Shown: positions 52,258 through 61,879 of the stretch, piece by piece
Position numbering within the stretch: position 1 is the stretch's first letter
Layout of the letters: the number at the start of each line of letters is the position of its first letter
NCBI RefSeq assembly: GCF_001194135.2
Contig: NC_069003.1
Coordinates: 19,378,747 to 19,442,746, forward strand
Length of the DNA stretch: 64,000 nucleotides
Direction: 5' to 3'
Source of the DNA: Octopus bimaculoides
Lineage: Eukaryota
The notes under the pieces: model-generated
Told to the model about the DNA's origin: nothing
The model's input: only the letters and a program-made list of their open reading frames with translations
The model's database searches: none
Made by a program: the position numbers and the translations under genes

Positions 52258-54395
52258 NNNNNNNNNNATATATATTTGTTATACTTGGGTATGGTCTTTT
52301 TTTTGGCAATAAAACACATGCACTATTTATTTGATCTTCACTTTAGTTTTTATTTATATTATTTTTAGTTAATAAGCTTGTCAAATTTCTTTCATCACAC
52401 ATCCTTTGGCCTCATCAGTAACTCTCTGTCCCACATGTACCCTCTTGTCCTGCTTATTCCATTTGCAGACACTTAATGTAGTTCTCAGGGAGATTCAGCA
52501 TGACACAGTATGTGACAAAACTGAAGCAATGTACCTTACCAAGGAAAAAATGTGCAGCTGCAAACTGAACTCATAATCTTGTGATCATGAACTGAATATC
52601 CATAACAACTAAGTTGTGCACCTTCAGTATGTAACTATTAGGTTGAAAAACCCTTGTGGATACAAAAAGTCAAAGGTTGCCTATGGGATTTGAAACCACG
52701 TCTCATGCTGACATGACATCAACTCAATATTTACATGCACGTTTATAGCTTTATATGCATTTTGAGATCCAGTTCTAAAATTGAAATTATATGTGTGCGT
52801 GTATGATTAAATTATAACAGCAGTAGATCAGACGCCATTCTATAGCCACATAGCTAGTACATCTCATCTTTGAATTATTGGCCAATGACATTAATATAGG
52901 AAAATATGCAGCTTGTGTATCTGTTGAGAATTCTCAATAATTTCCCATGAGGAATTATATTTAATGGAATACCAATACTTGGAATAAGGATGGAGTGAAG
53001 ATTTATCTTCAAGTAAATCATTGCTACCATCCTCCTCCTCCTCCTCCTCCTCCTACTACTACTAATAATAATAATGATAATAATGGTTTCAAATTTTGGC
53101 ACTAGGCCAGCAAGTTTGGGGGAGAGGGTAAGTCGATTACATTGACCCAGAACTCAACTGGTACTTATTTAATTGCTCCTAAAAGAATGAAAGGTAAATT
53201 CGACCTCAGTGGAATTTGAACTCAGAACATCAAGAATGAGAAAATGCCACTAAGTTGCCCAGCATGCTAACGATTCAGCCAGCTCGCTGCCTTAATAGTA
53301 ACAATAATAATAGTAGTAATAATGATTTCTTTCTGTCATAGGAACAAGGGGTGGGGTGGATAAACACAAATACACACATACATATAATGTGTGGGCATGT
53401 GGGAAGAAGCTTGCTTTCCAACCACATGGTTCTGGGTTCAGTCCCATTGCATAGCACCTTGGGCAAGCATGTTCTGCTATAGCCTTATGGTGACCTCGTG
53501 AGTGAATTTGGTAGATGGACTCTGACAGAAGCCTGTAGTGTGTGTGTGTGTGTGTGTGTGTGTGGTGTCCCACCACTGCTTGACAACCGGAGTTGGTGTG
53601 TTTACATTCCTGTAAACTTAAAAATTCGGCAAAGAACTGATAAAATAAGTACTAGGCTCATAAAGAAAAAAAGGACTTGAGTTTATTCACTTGACTAAAA
53701 GTTCTTGAAAGTGGTGCCCCAACATGACCACAGTCTAATGACTAAAACAAGTACAAGACAAAATGATGGGCTTCCACAGTTTCCATCTACCAGATCCACT
53801 TACAAAGCATTGCTTGACTCAGGGCACTTTCCCAAGGCACCATACAGTGAGACTGAACCTGAAACCATGTGTTTGCAAAGGGAGATTCTTAGCCACACAG
53901 CCATGCCTGTGCCTATTAAAAAGGAAAAAAAAACACTAACAAATACAAGCAGATATTTGCATTTATACACAGTTCCACACACATTCTTACCATCTCCTAG
54001 ACCTCAGACTCCTCCACACACACTGTCACTAAGTCTCTCTTTCTCACTTTTCCCATTCACTTTGTCACACAGGTCCAAGCACACAAACATCCATATCCAT
54101 ACACACATGACCCCTTCTCCAAGCTGGCATGAGTCTGGACAGTTTTTTTCAGAGGCAATTTTTTTTTCTTTATAACCAGAGGCTGCGTTTCCTTTTTCTA
54201 AGCCCTTTGGGTAATTTTTATAACATACAGAGTTAAGCAGCACATATTCGAACGTATAAAGAATATTCTATACATACATACCTTCATATCTTCGAGTGTG
54301 ATCTGGTCTTCAGTGTTCTCAAGAGTACTCAAGGGAGGGGAAGGAGGGGGTGTCAAGGGTGGAGGAGTCGACGGTAAGGCTGGTAGAATCTCACT
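1866..54395 (-). CDS. MPDZ: Internal part of a multi-PDZ scaffold gene (MPDZ/MUPP1-PATJ family); join of 54282-54395, 47448-47691, 40755-40956, 34513-34620, 29745-29765, 9267-9544, 3360-3487, 1866-1976; 5' and 3' ends lie outside the window
   Basis: All junctions are GT-AG with matching phases (0,1,2,2,2,1,0). The spliced peptide includes [72 protein letters not shown] and [25 protein letters not shown]...[59 protein letters not shown]. From memory these match the consecutive PDZ6 and PDZ7 of vertebrate MPDZ. MPDZ versus PATJ orthology cannot be settled without a tree. Confidence 0.9.
2559..2729 (-). mobile_element. SINE family A, 3' half
   Basis: Reverse-complement match to 4140-4310. Confidence 0.8.
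3360..3487 (-). CDS. MPDZ: Exon (128 nt, phase 1-0): [42 protein letters not shown]
   Basis: Acceptor tttgccattgtag| and donor GAG|gtgagt; PDZ motifs GIFIK, SPAG, GDRILE. Confidence 0.95.
3915..4310 (+). mobile_element. SINE family A (tRNA-derived, CORE-like; possibly octopus OR2-type), full copy
   Basis: A-box tggctgtgtggt, B-box-like gggttcagtc, CORE-like ggcaccttggg(c/a)aagtg, internal (TA)/(TG) microsatellite, 3' end gactgaaacaagtaaaagag. Family name is from memory and unverified. Confidence 0.8.
6274..7530 (-). mobile_element. Decayed mariner (DD34D) DNA transposon, about 1.26 kb
   Basis: Right TIR ctgcattatttatgggatgacccaa followed by TA at 7506-7532; left TIR remnant atcccataaataatgcag at 6274-6291; transposase remnants inside. 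Confidence 0.9.
6344..7348 (-). pseudogene. mariner transposase pseudogene with stops and frameshifts
   Basis: [22 protein letters not shown]...[47 protein letters not shown]; internal TAG and TGA. Confidence 0.9.
8461..8857 (-). mobile_element. SINE family A, full copy
   Basis: Reverse complement of 3915-4310 at high identity. Confidence 0.85.
9267..9544 (-). CDS. MPDZ: Exon (278 nt, phase 2-1): [12 protein letters not shown]...[25 protein letters not shown]
   Basis: Acceptor ttcccttactacag| and donor GTGG|gtaagt; ends in the PDZ GLGF-like motif SLGISIV. Confidence 0.93.
10083..10330 (+). mobile_element. R4/Dong-like LINE 3' fragment
   Basis: [46 protein letters not shown]; directly follows an (AAT)n tract at about 10014-10081. 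Confidence 0.75.
10375..11050 (-). mobile_element. Array of 3 SINE family B copies
   Basis: Same unit with AAT spacers. Confidence 0.8.
11848..12160. mobile_element. piggyBac-like MITE
   Basis: TTAA at both ends, right terminus aaaggg|ttaa, imperfect subterminal inverted repeats of about 80 bp (aaatacactgc...taatttttgaaataatgaag versus its complement). Confidence 0.6.
12190..12425 (+). mobile_element. SINE family B in the minority (+) orientation (also about 17420, 42250-42530, 55345)
   Basis: gattgacagaatcatgagagcattggacaaaacacc...ttctgagattgactcc...tggggtcaataaaataaagtatc...gaaaccattatta. Confidence 0.7.
13780..14646 (-). mobile_element. Head-to-tail array of 4 SINE family B copies (about 210 bp each, tRNA-derived, (ATT)n tail)
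   Basis: Each unit on the minus strand reads ggcggtgagctggcagaattgttag (A-box-like)...ctgagttcaaattc (B-box)...gcctttcatcctttcggggtcgataaaataagtaccag...cttgtgcc...(att)n. Confidence 0.85.
15271..15512. repeat. Near-perfect long palindrome (arms about 114 bp, 14-nt loop), TA-bounded MITE-like
   Basis: 15271-15384 is the reverse complement of 15399-15512 with about 5-6 differences. Confidence 0.9.
16840..17325. repeat. Unclassified dispersed-repeat-like segment between two (ATT)n tracts
   Basis: Higher-complexity block bounded by (ATT)/(CAT) at about 16790-16838 and (ATT)n at about 17326-17362; single copy in this window. Confidence 0.4.
18296..19060. other. Assembly gap (other large gaps at about 38683-39062, 39782-40474, 57514-58090; short ones at 15541, 21276, 29348, 34713, 52258)
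   Basis: Runs of N, mostly flanked by (TA)n. Additional exons could be hidden in them. Confidence 1.
20030..20347 (-). mobile_element. Family C copy with two hairpin modules
   Basis: Reverse complement of parts of 50640-51070. Confidence 0.85.
21750..23036 (+). mobile_element. Full-length mariner (1287 bp) with both TIRs and TA target duplication
   Basis: TA|tcaggtcattaagaatgaaatgtccgattttc ... gaaaattggacatttcattcttaatgacctga|TA; about 32-bp TIRs with 1 mismatch. Confidence 0.95.
21939..22960 (+). pseudogene. mariner transposase pseudogene (Hsmar1/cecropia-like)
   Basis: [14 protein letters not shown]...[13 protein letters not shown]...[10 protein letters not shown]...[10 protein letters not shown]...[12 protein letters not shown]...[25 protein letters not shown]...[20 protein letters not shown]; several stops and frameshifts. 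Confidence 0.95.
25545..25800 (+). mobile_element. RTE-clade LINE 3' fragment
   Basis: Degenerate [17 protein letters not shown]...KARPIGKR...LLDDI resembles the RTE C-terminal motif SQLRWFGHVERM...RPRGRPR.RW.D.I. Confidence 0.6.
29745..29765 (-). CDS. MPDZ: 21-nt microexon (phase 2-2): (K)IFPKHF(R)
   Basis: Minus strand reads ...ttttcttaacgcttgctgtag|GATCTTTCCAAAACATTTCCG|gtaagt; consensus donor, long AG-free pyrimidine tract, frame-preserving, no stop codon. No transcript evidence is available. Confidence 0.72.
31979..32031. repeat. (GA)n microsatellite, one of many (TA)n, (CA)n, (GA)n, (AAT)n, (GAT)n and (TAG)n tracts
   Basis: Read directly from the sequence. Confidence 0.95.
32465..32865 (-). 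mobile_element. Two tandem SINE family B copies
   Basis: Same unit. Confidence 0.75.
34513..34620 (-). CDS. MPDZ: Exon (108 nt, phase 2-2): (S)[35 protein letters not shown](K)
   Basis: Acceptor ttcttcttcag| and donor CCTAA|gtatgt; supplies the last PDZ strand (DISINY, compare MPDZ DIKITY). Confidence 0.88.
34622..34790. repeat. Compound microsatellite (AAG)(AAT)n N (AAG)n(AAC)n
   Basis: Read directly from the sequence. Confidence 0.95.
34790..35225 (+). mobile_element. R4/Dong-like LINE fragment (restriction-like endonuclease C-terminus)
   Basis: [20 protein letters not shown]...[10 protein letters not shown]...[14 protein letters not shown]...[27 protein letters not shown]; PD...D nuclease motif. 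Confidence 0.75.
35249..35503. mobile_element. hAT-like MITE
   Basis: Termini cagggctggt...actggccctg; subterminal gtggggccc motifs near both ends; 8-bp flanks match at 5 of 8. Confidence 0.5.
38311..38667 (-). mobile_element. SINE family A, diverged copy
   Basis: Same motifs as 8461-8857. Confidence 0.7.
39069..39463 (+). mobile_element. SINE family A copy
   Basis: Starts ggcgcaggcatggttgtgtggtaag and ends acaagtaaaa. Confidence 0.8.
40755..40956 (-). CDS. MPDZ: Exon (202 nt, phase 1-2): PDZ core [17 protein letters not shown]...[10 protein letters not shown]
   Basis: Acceptor tttcttgttttatag| and donor ATAAG|gtaact; clear PDZ motifs ([30 protein letters not shown]). Confidence 0.95.
43215..43425 (-). 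mobile_element. R4/Dong-like LINE 3' fragment
   Basis: [28 protein letters not shown], homologous to the 35020-35200 fragment; contains a short internal duplication (acaggaagctctattccaatctc / acaggacattctattccaatctc). Confidence 0.65.
43480..45000 (-). mobile_element. Array of 4 SINE family B copies interrupted by the Tx1-like LINE fragment
   Basis: Units at about 43480, 43730, 44548 and 44785, separated by (AAT)n. Confidence 0.85.
43953..44529 (-). mobile_element. 5'-truncated LINE 3' end, probably L1/Tx1 clade
   Basis: ORF 43961-44527 begins (V)[17 protein letters not shown]...[12 protein letters not shown]...[15 protein letters not shown], resembling the region after the CCHC knuckle of Tx1/L1 ORF2; AATAAA then an (ATT)n tail; (ATT)n also at the 5' junction. 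Confidence 0.6.
45377..45703 (+). mobile_element. SINE family D (tRNA-like head, tgtgtcctcaagcaaaacac...ctccagtccactcagctgg body)
   Basis: Homologous minus-strand copies at 31195-31500, about 51960-52150, 52420-52625 and 55190-55340. Confidence 0.7.
47448..47691 (-). CDS. MPDZ: Exon (244 nt, phase 0-1): [22 protein letters not shown]...[20 protein letters not shown], Ser/Pro linker plus start of a PDZ domain
   Basis: Acceptor ttttctttcttag| and donor TTAG|gttcgt; [11 protein letters not shown] is the PDZ beta-A strand and carboxylate-binding loop, continued by the next exon. Confidence 0.88.
49325..50290 (-). mobile_element. Array of 4-5 SINE family B copies
   Basis: Units at about 49325, 49562, 49858 and 50052, plus a tail at about 50260. 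Confidence 0.85.
50290..51070 (+). mobile_element. Long copy of (GAT)n-tailed repeat family C with internal tandem modules
   Basis: Ends ...ccaacccatgctagcatggaaagcggacgttaaacg(atg)n; shorter copies at 15125-15262, about 23700, 33925, 46205, 46975 and 58430 (+) and 20030-20347 (-). Confidence 0.8.
53385..53912. mobile_element. Two adjacent inverted SINE family A copies (53385-53760 on +, 53765-53912 on -)
   Basis: The 5' halves are reverse complements of each other. Confidence 0.7.
54282..54395 (-). CDS. MPDZ: Exon (114 nt, phase 0-0): [38 protein letters not shown]
   Basis: Acceptor ttttttttctaaacag| and donor AAG|gtatgt; open frame; joins in frame to the next exon. No domain homology, so support comes from splice signals and frame only. 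Confidence 0.75.
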
Positions 54396-54819
54396 CTGTT
54401 TAGAAAAAAAAAGGAATAAAAAAATCAATTAGTAAATAAATAAACAAACACCTGAATAAATAATAAACAAACAAACTGAAGTTGATAAACAAATCATATG
54501 AACCATTGTTAGAAATGCTTTTTAAGCAGTACAGGAAATGGGTTGGGGGTAGGGAAAGAACATGATTATAATTTGGACTAACTGCTAAGTGCTGATCCAA
54601 CAGAACATGTGTAGAATTTGACACCAAAAGACAAACTGTGTAAAGGTGTGCAGCAGCTAATGAAGAACAGCTATACAGAATCTTTAACAAAATAAGTATT
54701 TCACCTGTGTTTGGTTTGCAAGATTTTTTATGCGAACCTTTACATTAAAACAGATTTTGTTGTACCTTGGGAGGATCATTATACGAACAATGGTTCTTTT
54801 TCACTTTTTTTTTAGTCGT

Positions 54820-55100
54820 CAATTCTTTAACACTTAACCAATTAATTAATTGATTGTTCAATTAATCATTCTGTTAATCAATCAACCAGATGGGTTTGTC
54901 AAAGTCCTTTCATTGCCATTTGCAGTTTCAGCAAGGACATACCCTCTCAATTCCAGGTTTGTTTCAGATCTGCCAGAAAGGGCATGTTATTGATGAGGTT
55001 GCAAATGGTGATGAAAGGACTTTGACAAAACTAGCTGATTGACTGACTGAATGACCAATCAAACAATTGATTAGTTAACTAGTTAAATGTTAAAAAATTG
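54820..55100. repeat. Imperfect fold-back (arms about 125 bp, loop about 30 nt)
   Basis: tttgtcaaagtcctttcattgccatttgca versus tgcaaatggtgatgaaaggactttgacaaa, extending outward at roughly 75-80% identity. Confidence 0.85.
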
Positions 55101-55784
55101 AATAATAAAAGTAAAGAAGTAAAGTGTGTGTGATAATTATTGGCATAATGACTCTCCTAAGACACATCAAAAATATTTCTCCTGCTTGTGCAGTGTTATT
55201 ACTTGTTTCAATGGCATGTCAAAATTTAACTGATAATGTGAAACAAAGTGTCAGTGTCATGCATAAGGACACAACGCGCCGCCAGGAATCAAACTCATGA
55301 CCATACAATTATGAGCCAAAGATTCTAACCTCTAAGCCTTCTTAACTACCTTTAGATCGTGAGTTCAAAATCTGCTGAAGTTAACTTTGCCCTTCGTCCT
55401 TCTCCTTCCAGGCAAGACAAAAGTAGCAGTTAACTACTGGAGGAGTTGATGTAATAATTTCTTATCATAGTTTCATGAATGATGCTTTAATTAGAATATA
55501 ATAATTCTTTTCCCACCCAAAAATATATTGTTTTGTGTATAAGTTAGATATCAATATTTTTAAACAATGTCTTACCTACTCTCCTCAGTCAACCCTACTT
55601 GTTAACTAATCGAGAAAAAAATGTATATGCAGATGTTTTACAGGTGTCAGCTTTAATAAGAAGAACTTAATCAATAGAAGTAAAAAAATAAATAAAAATT
55701 AAAGCACAAAAAATTATCTCTTGTTTATACACTCAAGAAAACAGATGAATATCTTTAATCAATATTGCTAAGTATTCTTTCCCC

Positions 55785-55841
<57 letters not shown>

Positions 55842-56119
55842 ACTAAAAAATATTCAGACATATTGGTCAAACCTCATAAGTGTGTTGATCATGATAAAGT
55901 GCCAGATAGCAGTTTATGGTGGGTTTTAGAAATTCTCACACTGCTTGTTTATCTTGGACTGGCATCAAGCAAGTAGATCATACAGATGTTGTTGTTTACT
56001 CAACATCAACACTGATCAAAAAACATTACCCAATGTGTCCTTCCTTTTTGTAAGACAACGGTGTGTAGTTTGTAGGAAATTTGGCACCTGTTTCTAGCTG
56101 CTCAATTGATCAGGTAGAA

Positions 56120-56374
56120 CAGTATTTCTCCACCATTTTTTAATCTATGGACCCCTTTAATTCCTATTTTGCTCAGACTGTCCCTCCTAACCATTCAAAG
56201 TTTAAAAACTCCTATCATATTTTTATAATTAAATGTTATTTGGAATTGTATAAAGATATTGTTAAAATATTTTGAATATTGTAGAAGCATAAGCAATTTA
56301 TTGCAAATAAATTTTAACAACAAAATCTTATATGCACCCCCAAGGGCCACATGAACCCCTGTTGAGAACCACTG
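56120..56374. mobile_element. hAT (Charlie-like) MITE
   Basis: Right TIR gttgagaaccactg and degenerate left TIR cagtatttctccac; 8-bp flanks aggtagaa and atgtacag match at 5 of 8. Confidence 0.6.
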
Positions 56375-57440
56375 ATGTACAGGCTAAGGTACTAGTAGTA
56401 GTGGTAGTAGTAATAGTAGTGGTAGTTGTTGTTGTTCAGTTCCAGGTTAGCTGCAATAAAAAGATCAGCAATTTCGTAGGGAAGGGGTTTGGTGATTACC
56501 ATGCCCGTACCAGGCCAGTACTTTATTTTGTCAACCCTATAGGAATGAAGGGTAAAGTTGACTTCAGTGGGGTTTGAACTTAGAATGTAAAAAATTGAAA
56601 GAAATACCCCAAAGTATGTTTTTTCAACAGTCTAACGATACTGCAAACTCACAGGTATGTCTGATATTTGGAGGAGAGAAGTGAGTTGGCTGATACCACT
56701 GGACCCAGTACTTGACTAGCACTTTGTTTTACTGACCCTAGGGAGATGAAAGGTAAAACTGTTTCTAACATAGGTGTAAGGCCTGGAGGTGGATAGAATA
56801 GTTAATTAAATTGACTTCAGTACTTGATTGGTACTTTATGTTTTCCAACCCTGAAAGAATTAAACACCATTTTCCAATTTCCACCAAAATATACCAGAAA
56901 GACATTAATAGGCGAAATTCTGACTGTCCCAAAAGGAAAGAAAACACACACACAGACAGAAAGAGAGACATAGTAACACCAGGAAAAAATAACAACATAA
57001 AGGGAAACTAATATATCATTTTATCTACTGGGAACAATGCCAACTTTAACTAGGTAGAATGTATTAGTATAGATGCAATCATGTAAGAACTTTAGCAACG
57101 GAAGTCATAACTACAGCCATTTATGTTTGGGCCAGCAGTTATACATGAAACGATTTTCAAAATACTTTGTATTAAATAGGTAGCATGAAAGTGTGTTTGT
57201 GTGTATGTTTACACTATGTTGCATGGATTTACAACAGGACTTTCAGTTCCCTCAAACATCAACTTTTTTTTTTCCTGTGTACATTGATTGACCTACAGAT
57301 GTTAAGGCATGGTATTATCAGCCACATTAATCTTACCTGTCTGGGAAAACTTGCAAAGTATTGGCTTTTGGTCACCTTGTGATTAACAAATAAAACATAA
57401 GGAAACCTCTGTGCATGTGTATATGTATGTACATATGCAT

Positions 57441-57513
<73 letters not shown>

Positions 57514-58927
57514 NNNNNNNNNNNNNNNNNNNNNNNNNNNNNNNNNNNNNNNNNNNNNNNNNNNNNNNNNNNNNNNNNNNNNNNNNNNNNNNNNNNNNNN
57601 NNNNNNNNNNNNNNNNNNNNNNNNNNNNNNNNNNNNNNNNNNNNNNNNNNNNNNNNNNNNNNNNNNNNNNNNNNNNNNNNNNNNNNNNNNNNNNNNNNNN
57701 NNNNNNNNNNNNNNNNNNNNNNNNNNNNNNNNNNNNNNNNNNNNNNNNNNNNNNNNNNNNNNNNNNNNNNNNNNNNNNNNNNNNNNNNNNNNNNNNNNNN
57801 NNNNNNNNNNNNNNNNNNNNNNNNNNNNNNNNNNNNNNNNNNNNNNNNNNNNNNNNNNNNNNNNNNNNNNNNNNNNNNNNNNNNNNNNNNNNNNNNNNNN
57901 NNNNNNNNNNNNNNNNNNNNNNNNNNNNNNNNNNNNNNNNNNNNNNNNNNNNNNNNNNNNNNNNNNNNNNNNNNNNNNNNNNNNNNNNNNNNNNNNNNNN
58001 NNNNNNNNNNNNNNNNNNNNNNNNNNNNNNNNNNNNNNNNNNNNNNNNNNNNNNNNNNNNNNNNNNNNNNNNNNNNNNNNNNNNNNNNNNATATATATAT
58101 ATATATATATATATATATAGCTATGTATAGACACTTAATGAACTACCTTTAATACTACATATATTAACACATACATGTGCATATAATAAATACACAAACA
58201 CACAAGGACAGGCTTGGCTGTGTACTTAAGAAGTACACTACACAACCACATGGCTTCAGGTTCAGTCTCACAGGGCAACACTTTGGATAAGTGTCTTTTA
58301 CTATACCTTAGGCCAAGTAAAGGCTTGTGTGTGAATTTGGTAGATGGAAACTGAAAGAAGTTAGTTGTGTGGGTGTGTGTGGGTGTGTATCTCTGTGCTG
58401 TATCTCCTGACCTGAACACTGTAAATGCCACCATTATATAACTGGCTGTTTGTGATTTCCAGTGAAAATAAGCTTGGCCAGTGTTTTGTTCCCATTTAAA
58501 GGATGTAGATGAAGGTTGGTCAGAGAAAATCTGCTTCAATAAATTTTGTCTGACTCATACAAGCATGCAAAAGTGGGAACTAAAATGATGATGGTGATAA
58601 TGAACACATATATTTAAACACACACACACATCTATAGTCATCTTTCTCTCCTTCTATATATATACATATATATATACAGAGGGAGAGGGGGAAGGGAGGG
58701 AAGAAAGGAGAGAGAGAGAGAGAGAGACACACACACACACACACACACAAACACCTATTCTAACTGGGTCTCTGTCCATTTGTACTGCATTTGGATGCTG
58801 ACAGTGGGTATCACCTATCTTATCTCAACAATTTAAACAGATGCTTCTATATCTAGTACGAGATTTACTGCTTATATGTCACAAAATAGGACAGGAGAAT
58901 GTATAAATTGAGCTCCATATACAGAAA

Positions 58928-58969
<42 letters not shown>

Positions 58970-58971
58970 GG

Positions 58972-59017
<46 letters not shown>

Positions 59018-59233
59018 CTGAGACAGAGTTAATTGAATCATTTAAAGTCGTTTGCTTGTTGATAAAATGGTTTTTGTTTAATTCAGGCACAATTTGTCCT
59101 TGGAAATGTAGTTTACATTTCATCAAATTCGATGATTTCTACAACCATACACTAAATGGTCTTCAGTTCTGATAGTTTGCTGTCAGTTAAACAGAAATGG
59201 TAAAAATGTAGATGTATTCTTAATGTCATTTAA

Positions 59234-59465
59234 TCCTTTAGCATTCGAATTATTCTGTCAAATGTAATGCATTGTCATTCACATTATTTTTAATTAATCA
59301 TGCATTATCTTATAACTTCAAGATTTTGATGATGTGGCTGTATATTTTTAGAATGACATTGTAGGGTAGACGTGATAGACTGGATCTGGTTGGTTTGTAC
59401 ATAAAACAGGTAGCATATTTAACAATTTAAAGCAGCCATGTCTGGCTGGTTTAAATGCCAAACGA
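59234..59465. mobile_element. piggyBac-like MITE
   Basis: ttaa|tcctttagcatt ... aaatgccaaacga|ttaa, degenerate CCCTTTAGCATT termini. Confidence 0.5.
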
Positions 59466-59627
59466 TTAAAGAGGATAAGGTTGTGGAGTTTGCTCAGACT
59501 GTAGAGTGTCTGACTGAAATACATTAATATTCTGCTTTGCTTCATCCTTCAATGTCTTCAATTAAATTTCCACACGAGTCAACTTTGTTTTAAACTCTTC
59601 CGGAATTAATAAAATAAATGTCAGCAA

Positions 59628-60030
59628 GGTGCAGGCATGTCTGTAGTAAGAAGCTTGCTTCCAGACCACATGGTTCCAGGTTCAGTTCCACTGTGTGACA
59701 CCTTGGGCAAGTGTCTTCTACTATAGTCTTAGGCTGACCAAAGCCGTGTGAGTGGATTTGGTAGATGGAAACTGAAAGAAGCCCATTGTATATGAGCGTG
59801 TGTGTGTGTGTGTGAGAGAGAGAGAGCATTTTCGTGCCTGTGTTTGACCCCACTACTACTTGTCAACTGGTGTAGGTGTGTTTATGTTCCTGTAACTTCA
59901 GCAAAAGAGACTCATAGATTAAGTACCAGGCTTAAGAAAATAATAAGTCCTGGGATCAATTCAGTCAACTAAAATTTCTTCAAGGCGGTGCCCCAGCATG
60001 GCTGCAGTCTAATGACTGAAACAAGTAAAA
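59628..60030 (+). mobile_element. SINE family A, full copy (further partial copies near 18115, 19790, 20350, 35910, 40490, 46800, 47160, 51320, 58205, 62060)
   Basis: Same head, core and tail motifs. Confidence 0.8.
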
Positions 60031-60397
60031 GATAAAGCTAAGAAGGGAGCTTTTGACCTGCTAGAAATAGTAGATAAATCTCCCTAAAAATCACCCTCCA
60101 TCATTAAAGAAAGAAAAAGTGCACACAATGGCTAATGTAGTCCTAGCGATCTCCAGAAGATGAGATGATGATCATGTCTGGAATACTTTTTCAGCATAGA
60201 TTTACAGAAGCTAAACAACAACAAAAATAGCTGAGAGACACTGGAATTGAAAACTTGATGAGAGACAGTGGCAAATAGCTGTCATCATTAAATCTGCAGG
60301 ATCCTCTGCAGAAACCTTGATAGCCGAGAGAATCTTCATGGTACCACATCCATTAACATGATAAACATGAAACATTAAAATAATAACAATAATAATA

Positions 60398-60830
60398 ATG
60401 GTTTCAAATTTTAGCACAGGGCAAATGATTTTGGTGGTGAAGAGTAAGTCAATTACATCGGCCTCAGTGTTCAACTGGTACTTATTTTATTGACATTAGC
60501 GACATTTGAACTCAGACCATAAAGTAGGAAGAAATGTCACCAAGTATTTTTCCTGGTGCAGTAATGATTCAGCCAGCTCACCACCGCCACCATCATAACA
60601 ACAACAATAATAATAATAATAACAATAATAATAATCCTTTTTCCTATAGGGACAAGGCCTGAAATTTTGAAGGTAGAGTGAGTTGATGACATTGATCCCA
60701 GTTTTTAACTGGTACTTATTTTATGGACCTTGAAAGGATGAAAGGCAGAGTCAACTTCAGTAAGAATATAAAGCCCTGAAACAAATGCGGCAAAGCACTT
60801 TTTGTCTTATGCTCTGATAATTCTAGCAGT
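60398..60830 (-). mobile_element. Two tandem SINE family B copies (others at about 12645, 35572, 53085, 56455-56865, 63415-63733)
   Basis: Same unit. Confidence 0.75.
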
Positions 60831-61818
60831 AATAGTAGTAACACTAATAATAATAATTATTAACATTATTATTTCCAACTTTGGCATAAAATCAGAGACA
60901 GGGAACAGAACAGAGTGTATATTGGTCACCCATATCTCAAGGACATTAATGGTGAAAAGGAAGTGAAGTGAGACCAGCTTATGTATGAGTCATTTAAGAA
61001 CTGACCTCTCTCCTCCTCCACCACGGTAGTGCTTGCCAAAAACAATACCAGTAAATAGTAATAATGATTATTTCAGTTTATACTTCAATTTGTACAACCA
61101 ATTAATTAGGTTCTCTTAAGCTCAATTTATATATTTATTTATTTTATACCTCAGCTGGCAAAGACTGGTATTTTAAGTTTATGTCGCTAATATTTGGTTC
61201 ACTGGGCCAACGATTAGTTTATGGGCTAACCATTTTCGAATGTGAGAATGACAAAGGAATGTCTGTGTAATGCAAAGCAAAACAATTATCACAAGGGACT
61301 TCATCTGATAAACACTGGTTTTGCAGTTTACATCCAGTACTAATATAGATTGGTAAAAGATACACATAAATATATATAATTATTTTTGGAAACAAAGGGT
61401 CCATGAAACAACAAATGGGTAGTCTTTAACTTTTACTATCCAAAGGGGTTTTCAACCTAATATTTACATGCTATTAATTATGTTAAATGTGCTTTGAGGT
61501 TCAATCTTCTAAAAAGGAATTATTTCTTATTCTCTTGAAAGTTTATGTCTTGTGACATCAACATATTTGTCTATATATATAAAAAAAAAAATTTTTCAGA
61601 ATGAGATAAAAATCTTCACAGCCTTGGTTTTTTTTATCTCATTCTGAAAAAAAAAAAAAAAAAATTTTATATATATACACATGCTGATATATGACCTACG
61701 TTGGACTCCTTATTCACATAATCACCAAACCTGGAGCTTAACTATGGTCTATCCATAGCACATTAACTGACACCTTTGGGTCTTATTGACACCATTACCT
61801 CTCATAACCTCACCCCCC

Positions 61819-61879
<61 letters not shown>

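Noticed and set aside
18134-58152. Long ORFs full of X, and ORFs of [12 protein letters not shown] or poly-Y/I/L type
   Set aside because: Artefacts of N gaps and microsatellites; no coding signal.
60215-60350. Possible fourth R4/Dong-like 3' fragment
   Set aside because: Only faint resemblance (QIAVIIKSAG); not called.
61006-61031. Candidate 26-nt minus-strand exon (aag|...|gtcagt)
   Set aside because: Weak AAG acceptor, not a multiple of three, and an implausible peptide (LPWWRRRE).
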